Shown: piece after piece, positions 26,430-35,050 of the stretch
Position numbering within the stretch: position 1 is the first letter of the stretch
Layout: each line of letters starts with the position of its first letter
IMG/VR virus record: IMGVR_UViG_3300024344_003209
Location: 1-64,000 of that record
DNA length: 64,000 bases
Reading direction: 5' to 3' (one strand)
Source: a virus
Program-made: the position numbers and the translations under genes
Notes under the pieces: model-generated
The model's database searches: none
What the model saw: only the letters and a program-made list of their open reading frames with translations
Told to the model about the DNA's origin: nothing

Positions 26430-27504
26430 TTATTATCTTTATTATTTTATCTAAATCTTGTTTAGTTAAATTTTGATGAATGGGTAGATTGATTACTCTG
26501 TCTTCTAGGGACTCTGAGTTTTCAAGACTAACATTAAGGCATTTATCTTTGTAGTATTTAGTTTTGTGCAAAAGCGGATAATGAAAAGATGCTGCTGCCC
26601 CTTTATTAATAAGCTTACGTCTTAGCTCGGTTGAAGATAACTGCGATTTTAAAATGAGAGTGCATAGGTAGTAAGATGAATTTTTGTCATGCTTGGTAAA
26701 GTAGCCTATGTTTTTTAATTCAGATTTTAAATATTCATAGTTACTTTTCCTTATATTAATATTTTTTTGAACGCTTTCCATCTGCCCTAAGCCTATAACA
26801 GCATTTATATTATTCATATAAAAATTAAAACCATCTCCTACTATATCGTAAGAAAGATCCGTATTTTTTCTACCAAAATTTCTGTAGTCTCTTACGTAAG
26901 AGTCTGCTTCGCTGTCATTTGTAGCTATCAAGCCTCCATTAGCCATTGTAAGTGGTTTTATTGGGTGGAAAGAAAAGAATGCATAGTCATAATCTATTCT
27001 AGGATTCAAGCAATGAGCAGAGTCTATAACTATAATATCATTCCAATTAGTATCTTTGACTCTTTCTATTAAGCCGGATATATCTGAAATACCTCCGTAT
27101 AAAACAGGCATAAAAACAGATTTATTAAAAGTTGCGTTATGTTGCCTCTCTAAATGAAATCGTCTTATATCCCAATAAGAATCAAAATTTACTGACAGAT
27201 TTTCATCTACATCTAAAAAATAAACATTATGACCATTAGCCATTGCTGCCCAAGCTGGAGAAGTAAATCCTATAGATGGAGTGTACACATCGCAAGACCC
27301 ATGCTTGCTGTAAAGATAAGAGAATAAGCAAAAGGCGGCGGAAGAAGCAGAATTTATACCTATATTATAGTCTTTTTTGGAAAAAGATTTGAACGATTGC
27401 TCGAACTTCGACACTTCTGAGCCAAAACCTAAAGATCCACCTCTAAGTAAATCAGAGACAGACTTTATTGTGCTTTCTTCTATTGTGGCTTCGAAGCAGT
27501 TCAT
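26422..27504 (-). CDS. PLP-dependent sugar aminotransferase (DegT/PseC-like)
   Basis: IDSAH, FSFHPIKPLT..NGG, GFNFYM and LPIH motifs. Confidence 0.88.
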   Translation of the reverse strand: MNCFEATIEESTIKSVSDLLRGGSLGFGSEVSKFEQSFKSFSKKDYNIGINSASSAAFCLFSYLYSKHGSCDVYTPSIGFTSPAWAAMANGHNVYFLDVDENLSVNFDSYWDIRRFHLERQHNATFNKSVFMPVLYGGISDISGLIERVKDTNWNDIIVIDSAHCLNPRIDYDYAFFSFHPIKPLTMANGGLIATNDSEADSYVRDYRNFGRKNTDLSYDIVGDGFNFYMNNINAVIGLGQMESVQKNINIRKSNYEYLKSELKNIGYFTKHDKNSSYYLCTLILKSQLSSTELRRKLINKGAAASFHYPLLHKTKYYKDKCLNVSLENSESLEDRVINLPIHQNLTKQDLDKIIKIINE

Positions 27505-28838
27505 GAGTGAAAGAAGTTCATTGAGTAATAAAGTTTTCTCTCGTATACTTCTGGTTTCCTGAAAAATTCTATATGAGAGCCAATTTCTGCGTTATTCCAA
27601 TGAGCATATTTAGGCCCTCTTAAAATCCTATATAAGAGCTTGAAATTTAATTTATAAGATACAAATCTTTCGTCGCTAAAGTCTGCCTTATTTATGACAT
27701 TATATCCGCTTCCGTCGGCAGAAATCTTTAACATCTTTTCTTCTGGTAAATAAATGTAGATATTAGTATTAGTGGAAAAAGCTAGCTCTTCTCTTTTCTT
27801 GTTATATCTATTATAGGCTTCTGGTATTAATGATATTATAGAACTTAAACTAGGCTCTTCATCTTTGTCAAATATATATTTTTTATTTATTAAAACCTCT
27901 TCGCAGTGTTTTATTTGAGCCTCTCTATCTAAGGGTTTGTATTCTGGAATTGATTCGTTGTTAAGATTAAAAGAGGAAAAAGAGTTTAAGAGTAAGCCTT
28001 TACTTGAGTTGTTCTTTTCTTTGTAGAAATATAAAGCTTCGTCTAGAGTTGGCACTACCCTAAATCTCTCTAATTTAGCATTTCTACCAGATAGAACGTA
28101 AGTTCCAGCGAAGGGCATGTAGTATTTTGGTTGGACTTGATTTATGTAATCCAAACCCATATTAAGAAAATGATTTTTCTTTTTTACGCCATATCTATTA
28201 AGTTTATCTTTGTCAGAGTAACATGACCAACATTGAGGGTAAGACCCTGCTCCTGCATAACCAACTAAAAGCAAGTCAACAGGCTTGTGATTTTTTAAGG
28301 CTCTACTTAATGCGGTCTTGGAAAGCTCGTAAGGGCAATCATTTACATTAAGTATGCAATAACTAGAACTCTCAAATACAGACATTGTGTCTATACCTGT
28401 AGAGCCGCCGTCTACGCTTTTTGATTTACCGCACCCAAAGAATTTAAAACATATTTCTGGGTTGCAATCGTCAGAGGCATATATATGAATGTTAAGATCC
28501 GCTCCACATTTAAACTTTTCTCCGTGTTTTAACTCTATGACGTTTCTTCCTAATCTAGTTAAATTTCTTTTTAGGAATGGCTCATCGTACTTATGTATAA
28601 GCACAGGTATATCTTTTCTTATTCTCTTTAATGTCTCTTCACTAAGGTGGTCAGGATGTATGTGGCTAATATAAATATAATCTACGTCGTCGAACATAGA
28701 AAAATCCACCTCATCTAAAGAAGGGTGAATAGTCCAAGAGCCATAATATTCATCCCCAACTAACCAAGGATCACATAAGACTTTAGTGCCTTTGTTCTCT
28801 ATTAAAACTGCTGCCGAAGAAATATGAGTTATCTTCAT
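27501..28838 (-). CDS. metallo-beta-lactamase-fold protein resembling CMP-Neu5Ac hydroxylase (no Rieske domain)
   Basis: CDPWL.G..YYGSW, YIYISHIHPDHL, ILNVND, YAGAGSYP and PFAG resemble the CMAH catalytic domain. Confidence 0.7.
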   Translation of the reverse strand: MKITHISSAAVLIENKGTKVLCDPWLVGDEYYGSWTIHPSLDEVDFSMFDDVDYIYISHIHPDHLSEETLKRIRKDIPVLIHKYDEPFLKRNLTRLGRNVIELKHGEKFKCGADLNIHIYASDDCNPEICFKFFGCGKSKSVDGGSTGIDTMSVFESSSYCILNVNDCPYELSKTALSRALKNHKPVDLLLVGYAGAGSYPQCWSCYSDKDKLNRYGVKKKNHFLNMGLDYINQVQPKYYMPFAGTYVLSGRNAKLERFRVVPTLDEALYFYKEKNNSSKGLLLNSFSSFNLNNESIPEYKPLDREAQIKHCEEVLINKKYIFDKDEEPSLSSIISLIPEAYNRYNKKREELAFSTNTNIYIYLPEEKMLKISADGSGYNVINKADFSDERFVSYKLNFKLLYRILRGPKYAHWNNAEIGSHIEFFRKPEVYERKLYYSMNFFHS

Positions 28839-28839
28839 T

Positions 28840-29829
28840 TTATTCTAATCCTGACTTTATTAGTGAGATAAGATGGCTTATATCATCATTTATATGTAGC
28901 GAAGAATTCAACTCTCGACCTTCGTACTTAGGCCAGTCTGACTGATAATTTATCTTGCTGTACTGAGGTCTCACTTGGATTAGATCATGAGTCGGAGCTA
29001 AGAAAGAAAAAGGCAATTCTGTGATAGAGAGCATATCCTCATGTATCTTTTCTCCGGGCCTCATTCCTGTAATTTTAGTTGGTATATCTTCTCCGTTTTT
29101 ACCGGAAATATTTTTTACTGCCTCTATAATAGACCCCATCTTAAAAGAATTTATTTGAGGTATAAAAACCTCACCACCTAAAGAATGGATAATAGCGTTT
29201 AACACTGTATCAACTGCGTCGTCTAGGGTAAACAAAAACCTAGAACATTCTAAAGAAGTGATGTTTATGCGTTTGTTTTCTTTGATGAGATCCATCCATA
29301 GTGGAATAAAGGATCCTCTGCTGGCTATAACATTCCCGTACCTTACTGATAGGAACTTAGTAGAGTTGGAGTTATAGTTATAGTTAGTAAAAATTCTTTC
29401 TGCTATGAACTTGGTGGAACCATAAACATTAACAGGCATACAAGCTTTATCTGTTGATATTAAAGCGCACTTGGAGACATCTGACTCTAAGCTAGCTCTA
29501 GCAACGTTATCAGAGCCTTCTATATTTGTCTTTACGCATTCGTCTGGATGACGCTCCATATCGTCCACCCTCTTCATGGCAGCGGTATGTATAACCAGAT
29601 CGGGTCTTTCTAAAAGCAAGGAGGTCTTAAGCTTTCTGTAGTCTCTGACATCGCCAATAATTGTTTTTACGTCTTTATCTTGTCCGAAATAAAGAGCCTG
29701 TTTTCCTTCATCCCTGCTGTAAACAACTAGTGAAGAATTGCTAGATTTAAGTCTTTTTATAAGACTTCTACCGAGCGATCCGGTACCGCCTGTTATGAAT
29801 ATTTTTTTATCTGAAAAGAAATCTGACAT
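28840..29829 (-). CDS. UDP-GlcNAc 4,6-dehydratase (PseB/FlaA1-like)
   Basis: TGGTGSLG, YSRDE.KQ, STDKA..PVNVYG.TK, RYGNV..SRGS, RPGEKIHE. Confidence 0.9.
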   Translation of the reverse strand: MSDFFSDKKIFITGGTGSLGRSLIKRLKSSNSSLVVYSRDEGKQALYFGQDKDVKTIIGDVRDYRKLKTSLLLERPDLVIHTAAMKRVDDMERHPDECVKTNIEGSDNVARASLESDVSKCALISTDKACMPVNVYGSTKFIAERIFTNYNYNSNSTKFLSVRYGNVIASRGSFIPLWMDLIKENKRINITSLECSRFLFTLDDAVDTVLNAIIHSLGGEVFIPQINSFKMGSIIEAVKNISGKNGEDIPTKITGMRPGEKIHEDMLSITELPFSFLAPTHDLIQVRPQYSKINYQSDWPKYEGRELNSSLHINDDISHLISLIKSGLE

Positions 29830-29838
29830 TCAACATTA

Positions 29839-29867
29839 ATTATAATATTAACTTAGTAATAAGTCAA
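29839..29867 (-). promoter_or_regulatory. sigma70-type promoter
   Basis: TTGACT-17-TATAAT, 9 nt before ATG. Confidence 0.8.
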
Positions 29868-29869
29868 CA

Positions 29870-30661
29870 TTAAAAATTTCCTATTTTAGACAAAACATTG
29901 CAATCATGTCCTGCTCCTAAATTATTAAATACCACATCTTGACCTATCTCTTTTTGTAAATACGTTTTTAAGGTTAGATAGTGGTAGTAAAGTAATTTAT
30001 AAGGGTAGCCAGCTTTGCAGGGTTTGTTTTTTTCAAAAGAATGATTGTTTAAGTCTCCGACTTTGTAATCTTTAGAAGGTGGGCCATCTATGCCAGCAAA
30101 ATCAACTTGGCTAGCCCCTAGTAAAACTGCTAAAATAATTAGCTTAGGAGCAACTCCTATTTTGCCTTGAAATCTTAAAACACAATCAAAAACATTATTG
30201 GGTATTGTGTCATTTAATACTTTTACATTATCTGAACTTTTATTGTAGTCTTCAAAGCCTACTAATGTGTTGTTTTTAGTTACATAATCAATAAACTTAT
30301 CTCCTTTCAAATCTACCTCGTCGCATAATAAAATTAAATCTACTTTGCATTTAGATAGTTTTTCATTTAAAAAGAAATGATTGCAAGAAAATATATGGTC
30401 ATATTCATCTGGATTCCAATCGTACCAATTTGTTGTAGGGCCAGCGCCTAAAACTAGGATCTTTTTATTTTTAAACTTTTTTAATTCTGGGTTGTCTCTA
30501 TATATTATCTGAGAAGTTTTTATTAAATCTTTTTGTAAGAAATCGTATCTATTTAAATAATTAGCCCCTCTAGTTTTATTATTAGCGAAGTTTTCGGAGT
30601 TAGCTATAAAACAAGATAAAGGATCACTGTTTTCCCAAGTTAAATCGTAAAAATTCACCAT
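29870..30661 (-). CDS. Maf/DUF115-like (sialyltransferase-like Rossmann fold) protein
   Basis: KILVLGAGPT, FSCNHFF and LGASQVDFAGID motifs. Confidence 0.6.
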   Translation of the reverse strand: MVNFYDLTWENSDPLSCFIANSENFANNKTRGANYLNRYDFLQKDLIKTSQIIYRDNPELKKFKNKKILVLGAGPTTNWYDWNPDEYDHIFSCNHFFLNEKLSKCKVDLILLCDEVDLKGDKFIDYVTKNNTLVGFEDYNKSSDNVKVLNDTIPNNVFDCVLRFQGKIGVAPKLIILAVLLGASQVDFAGIDGPPSKDYKVGDLNNHSFEKNKPCKAGYPYKLLYYHYLTLKTYLQKEIGQDVVFNNLGAGHDCNVLSKIGNF

Positions 30662-31491
30662 TAGCCTCTTAGTTTTCTTCTAACTGGAAACTCAGAAGCT
30701 GATATGTATATTTCTCCATCTCCGTGAGCTTTTTCTAGTTCTCTTACACCACTAACTAACTTAAATAATCCTTGAGGCTCAACTGAGCTCATATGATCAG
30801 ACCCCCACATAGTTCTATCTAAGGTAACATGCCTTTCAATTATACTGGCCCCAAGGTAAACAGAAGCGACAGAGGTTCCTAGCCTGAACTCATGCCCGCT
30901 GTAACCAACTTCGCAATCGTATTTTTCTTTAAGTGTTTTTATGCAAGAAAGATTTAATTCATCTATAGGTGCTGGGTAGGTAGAGTTACAATGGAGAACG
31001 GCTAAATTCTTAGTGTATCGCCTTATAAGGGCAACGCAATCATCTATTTCTTGCTCAGAACTCATACCTGTTGAAATAATTATCTTTTTACCTGTTTTTG
31101 ATGCCTCTGCGACTAAGTTTATATTTGTAATCATAGCCGAAGGTATTTTAATAAACGGTATGTCGTACTGCTGTAAAAACTTCAAACTATCTAAATCCCA
31201 AGGAGAGGCGCTCCAAGATACGTTTTGTTGCTTGCAGTAGTTATCTATCTCGTTATATTCTTCTTGATTAAATTCTACTTTATATTTATATTCTAAGTAG
31301 GTCATCTCGCCCCAAGGAGTTTTCCGTTTTATATTTTTTTGATGTTCTGGAACGCAAACGTCAGGGTTTCTTTTCTGGAATTTAACAGCATCACATCCTG
31401 CTGCAGCAGAAATATCAATAAGTCTTTTGGCTGTATCAAGGCAACCATTGTGATTAATGCCGATTTCCGCTATAATGTAAGTCTTTTTCAT
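30661..31491 (-). CDS. second nonulosonic acid synthase (short NeuB type, no SAF domain)
   Basis: IIAEIGINHNG, VKFQKR, LHCNSTYP, GYSGHE, IERHVTLDR.MWGSD. Confidence 0.92.
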   Translation of the reverse strand: MKKTYIIAEIGINHNGCLDTAKRLIDISAAAGCDAVKFQKRNPDVCVPEHQKNIKRKTPWGEMTYLEYKYKVEFNQEEYNEIDNYCKQQNVSWSASPWDLDSLKFLQQYDIPFIKIPSAMITNINLVAEASKTGKKIIISTGMSSEQEIDDCVALIRRYTKNLAVLHCNSTYPAPIDELNLSCIKTLKEKYDCEVGYSGHEFRLGTSVASVYLGASIIERHVTLDRTMWGSDHMSSVEPQGLFKLVSGVRELEKAHGDGEIYISASEFPVRRKLRG

Positions 31492-32144
31492 GACAATATG
31501 TTTAAACTAACTCCTTTAGAGGATAGCCAATCTTTTATGCTGGGTACAGCTTTTGAATTTAGTACTATGTCCCAAGGTATTTCGCAACCTTTATTGGAAA
31601 CAGAGCCTTCTTTATAGAAATGACTTCCGTGTCTATCTAGATCCCAACCTATTGTAGTTATGGAGGATACTCCAATATGTAAAGCCATGTAGAGAACAGT
31701 CTCCAGCATTATGCCGGGACCTGTGCATCTTTCTGTGCAGGTTTTACTTATCAGAAAATCATCATAATTTTTCTTAAAAGCTAATACATTTTCTTTACCT
31801 CCTATTTCTTCTATTAAAGGTATTCTAAAAAATATATCATGATGTTGTTGTGGGTTCCATCTGGCTCCTAATTCATAGTTGCTGCTAGCGACAACAATTT
31901 CAGGCTTATGATCAACATACCTGTAGGGTATATTCATATAATCTATAGGAAGATTTGAGCAATTCCAGAAATGAAAGTCAGTTTCTTCTGGAAACCTATC
32001 GTAAGCTTGCTTGATAGAAAATACTAGATTATTTTTTAATTTATTTCTAGTATCTTTATTATCGTGTTTGTTTAAAGATGGGCCGCAAGCTAATATGTAG
32101 CAATCTTGCCCGTTTTTGCAATTTTCTAAATCTTTAAGATCCAC
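31488..32144 (-). CDS. Maf/DUF115-like protein
   Basis: CYILACGPSL, ALHIGVSSITTIGWD and HFY motifs. Confidence 0.6.
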   Translation of the reverse strand: MDLKDLENCKNGQDCYILACGPSLNKHDNKDTRNKLKNNLVFSIKQAYDRFPEETDFHFWNCSNLPIDYMNIPYRYVDHKPEIVVASSNYELGARWNPQQHHDIFFRIPLIEEIGGKENVLAFKKNYDDFLISKTCTERCTGPGIMLETVLYMALHIGVSSITTIGWDLDRHGSHFYKEGSVSNKGCEIPWDIVLNSKAVPSIKDWLSSKGVSLNILS

Positions 32145-32154
32145 TATACTTGGT

Positions 32155-32183
32155 ATTATAGCATCAACTTAAAAATTTGTCAA
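32155..32183 (-). promoter_or_regulatory. consensus sigma70 promoter
   Basis: TTGACA-17-TATAAT with extended -10 TG. Confidence 0.85.
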
Positions 32184-32185
32184 CA

Positions 32186-32701
32186 TTAAGTTGGAAGTAT
32201 TTTTATGAGCTGATCGTTAACTCTAGCAAGACCCTCTGGTGTGTCTTTGCCTTTCATTTTAATTTTAATTTTTGTTAAATTTTCTTGACCTCTGGTCCCT
32301 GTTATTTGAGCGGATAGCTTATTATTGTTGTTGTTTATCTCGTCTTCGAAGTGGCTAAGATTTACAGATAGCTCCATCTCGAGCTCGTCAATAGCTAAGT
32401 GAGCATTATTAGTCAGGGTTATTAAGGGTATATGTGTCTCTGTTACTTCTCCGTTATTTCCGGGAAGTTTTACCTTAAAAGTTTTTGCGTTCCCATCGCT
32501 GTCAAAATATGTAGACATTACCCTGCCTAAATGCTCGGTCTCTACTTTTCTTTGAGCAAAAGCGACAGAATTATATATAGACTGAACTAACTTATCTAAT
32601 GAATTAGAATCCTCCTGACCACCTTGCCCCTCGCTTGAAAGCGAGGGTTGGGGTGGTTCGGTGGGAGGTGAAATTCCTAAAGAATAATTAGTTAATCCCA
32701 T
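32186..32701 (-). CDS. DUF2589-like protein (short paralog)
   Basis: IPLITL....L.IDELE.EL and PEGLARV motifs shared with the neighbour. Confidence 0.75.
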   Translation of the reverse strand: MGLTNYSLGISPPTEPPQPSLSSEGQGGQEDSNSLDKLVQSIYNSVAFAQRKVETEHLGRVMSTYFDSDGNAKTFKVKLPGNNGEVTETHIPLITLTNNAHLAIDELEMELSVNLSHFEDEINNNNNKLSAQITGTRGQENLTKIKIKMKGKDTPEGLARVNDQLIKILPT

Positions 32702-32714
32702 TTATTGTCTTGAT

Positions 32715-33344
32715 TTACGGGCCTGCGGGGGCGGGTGCTGGGGCTGAAGCTCCACCTTGAGGCGCGGGTTTGATAGCGTCTCCTAATATATCCAGCACTT
32801 TCATTAGACCTTCTGGGGCTCCATCATCTCTTGCTTCACAGTGAACCGTGTACCTAGCTGAGTTATCACTCTTTCTTGTGTTTTCGCTCTTACTACCTAC
32901 AGAAGCTGTAACTGAAGCGCTAACAGGAGACCACCAAGCTTTATAATTCGCTTTAGTCGTAACGTTCGCTGTCGTTGAACTTTTGCTTTCGCTAGTAGAT
33001 TGAACCTTCATATCAAAGTCAATCTTAACATCTTTAACAGATAAATTTGGGGTATTTACGATAGCTAAAAGAGGAACCTTCATGGTTCTAGGTTCGGCTA
33101 CAGTAGTAGTGGTTTCTACTCCATTACCATCAGTACTTTTGTGCTCCACAACAGCATCGTAGTCGAACTCAACAGTTCTGGCACTAAGTTTTCCTGTGTT
33201 AGAATCTTTTTCTAGCCCTACTTCTTCGATAAATTGCTCGGTAATTCCGGCTAATTTACCTTGGGCTTGAGCAGCCGCGATAAGTGGGTTTGCGATGAGC
33301 TCGCCAATTGGGAGCCCTTTAAATTGATCTGATATACTAGACAT
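32715..33344 (-). CDS. DUF2589-like protein (long paralog with Ser/Thr-rich insert)
   Basis: F.GLPI.ELIA.PL.AAA.AQ..LA, VPLLAIV..PNL.V..V.IDFDM.V, SARY.V...A, PEGL.KVLD.L. Confidence 0.8.
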   Translation of the reverse strand: MSSISDQFKGLPIGELIANPLIAAAQAQGKLAGITEQFIEEVGLEKDSNTGKLSARTVEFDYDAVVEHKSTDGNGVETTTTVAEPRTMKVPLLAIVNTPNLSVKDVKIDFDMKVQSTSESKSSTTANVTTKANYKAWWSPVSASVTASVGSKSENTRKSDNSARYTVHCEARDDGAPEGLMKVLDILGDAIKPAPQGGASAPAPAPAGP

Positions 33345-33367
33345 AATATTTATATGTTATACATTAA

Positions 33368-33376
33368 ATTACACTA
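33368..33376 (-). promoter_or_regulatory. TAGTGTAAT motif (candidate phage late promoter)
   Basis: AATAGTGTAATTTAA upstream of the DUF2589-like pair. Confidence 0.6.
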
Positions 33377-33378
33377 TT

Positions 33379-34170
33379 TCACAACATATGTAGCTTTTGT
33401 TTGGCTTGAGCTATCATCCATCTGTCCTTCTTGTCTAAGTGTGAACGAAGGTGGTCATCAATCTGCCTAAGCATCTCTGGTTTCTCTCCCATATGATGAT
33501 CTCTAACTTTCTGAATTCCTTGTACTACTTTAAGAAGCGTACCTGTCGCTCCTGAGGCTGGCATAGCAAAGGGGGCTACCATTGTTACTATCTTAAATCC
33601 TATGGCTAAAACAACTAGGAATACGACAACACCAACAATCCAATATACTTTGCTCATTAGGCTTGAGTATTTAGTAGCTTGTAGTGCATTTTCTTGGTTT
33701 ATTGCTTTTAATTTGGTTTGTGCGTTTTGTAATTGACCAGACAAAATTCTATTTTGGTTTTGAATAGCTATTAGATCTTTATCCATAGTAGCTAAAATTT
33801 CTTTCCCTTTCTTTACTTCTGATGGGTCGGTTGAAAGTAGACCGTTTACCATTTGATCAGACTTCATAGCGTTCTCCATCTGAGGAGGTCCAAGTGCTGT
33901 AACCCCTCTAGTGGTCATTTGTTTAGCTACTTGAGACTGAGGTGAGGGGTCTGGGTCTTTTTGTAGGGCTTGGTCTGCTGCGTATACAAACGTCCTTCCG
34001 CTTTCTACTTTTTTTGTATCGTTATTAGCTTTCTCTTGTTGTATGTTCTCTACAACTTTCTCTTGTTTGTTAAACTTTCCTAATGGAGTAGCGCAGCCAC
34101 CTAGAACGACCAAAGCTAGAGCCATAATATAAAAAACATCTTTAAAATAGTTATTTTCTTTTTCTCTCAT
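33379..34170 (-). CDS. lipoprotein with coiled coil and C-proximal TM helix (unimolecular-spanin-like architecture)
   Basis: Lipobox LALVVLGG|C, heptad-rich middle region, TM segment VYWIVGVVVFLVVLAIGF. Confidence 0.55.
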   Translation of the reverse strand: MREKENNYFKDVFYIMALALVVLGGCATPLGKFNKQEKVVENIQQEKANNDTKKVESGRTFVYAADQALQKDPDPSPQSQVAKQMTTRGVTALGPPQMENAMKSDQMVNGLLSTDPSEVKKGKEILATMDKDLIAIQNQNRILSGQLQNAQTKLKAINQENALQATKYSSLMSKVYWIVGVVVFLVVLAIGFKIVTMVAPFAMPASGATGTLLKVVQGIQKVRDHHMGEKPEMLRQIDDHLRSHLDKKDRWMIAQAKQKLHML

Positions 34171-34706
34171 AGATACTTATCCTTTATTACTTCTAATACC
34201 TCTTTACAGTTATGTACGTTTACATCCTTTTTGCAATTTTTTAAACTCTCTTTTATATGATTATCGTATGCTTTTATAGTTTGTTCAAAACTCTCTTCTA
34301 TTTCGTTTTTTTCGCAGTAATTTCTCAAAGCTCCAGAGAATAAAACAGTTACGATTAAGCAAACAGCAGCAGATTTTTCATTCTTCTCTTCATTTTTTTT
34401 TCTTGTTATATCTAAGTTTGGTTTTAAGTCTTTTTGGGATAGGCAAAAGAAGTAATTGTTTAGAGAGTTAGAGAGAAATATACAGTCATCTTCTGATAAT
34501 CCCTTTTTGGCCCCCTCTTTAAAAACCATCAACTGAGACGAGATTTTAGAGTCAATATTTTTTAAAATTTTTTTATTAAGCCTCTTTTTAGATGCATGTT
34601 TAACTAACTCAAGCCTATCTGATTCTTCCTCTGTTAGTTTCCTTACTACTTTCTCGTCGGAATTTAAAAGCTTAGCTATATAGGATACTGTTGAGCTGTT
34701 GAGCAT
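34167..34706 (-). CDS. hypothetical protein
   Basis: 179-aa ORF in operon. Confidence 0.6.
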   Translation of the reverse strand: MLNSSTVSYIAKLLNSDEKVVRKLTEEESDRLELVKHASKKRLNKKILKNIDSKISSQLMVFKEGAKKGLSEDDCIFLSNSLNNYFFCLSQKDLKPNLDITRKKNEEKNEKSAAVCLIVTVLFSGALRNYCEKNEIEESFEQTIKAYDNHIKESLKNCKKDVNVHNCKEVLEVIKDKYL

Positions 34707-34707
34707 G

Positions 34708-35049
34708 TCATTGCTTTTCTTTGTATTTCATGCCTTTTCTTTTTTCAGAATACTCTTTTTTGGCTTTATTTCTTATGGGGTCTGATCCTCCTGTTACTTC
34801 TTTTCGTTTATCGCTAAGCTCTTTTGAGTAATCCCACATATCTCCCATAGTCCCTTTCATATTTTTAGTTTTTTCTGAAAACTGCTGAGAAGAAAATGGA
34901 TCAACGTCGCTATCAATAGCAGCGTTAGGCACTGTAAAGATCCTATTGAAGGTCTTGCCTTCTTCTTTATAGGAATGTTCTTCATTTATTCCTTGGGTGA
35001 CGGATATTATTTCGCCTGTATCTGGATTTTCGTAAAGATATTCTGGCAT
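34708..35049 (-). CDS. FmdB-like (degenerate zinc ribbon) phage protein
   Basis: MPEYLYE...GE...V.Q...E.H......RIF pattern without the Cys residues. Confidence 0.55.
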   Translation of the reverse strand: MPEYLYENPDTGEIISVTQGINEEHSYKEEGKTFNRIFTVPNAAIDSDVDPFSSQQFSEKTKNMKGTMGDMWDYSKELSDKRKEVTGGSDPIRNKAKKEYSEKRKGMKYKEKQ

Positions 35050-35050
35050 T

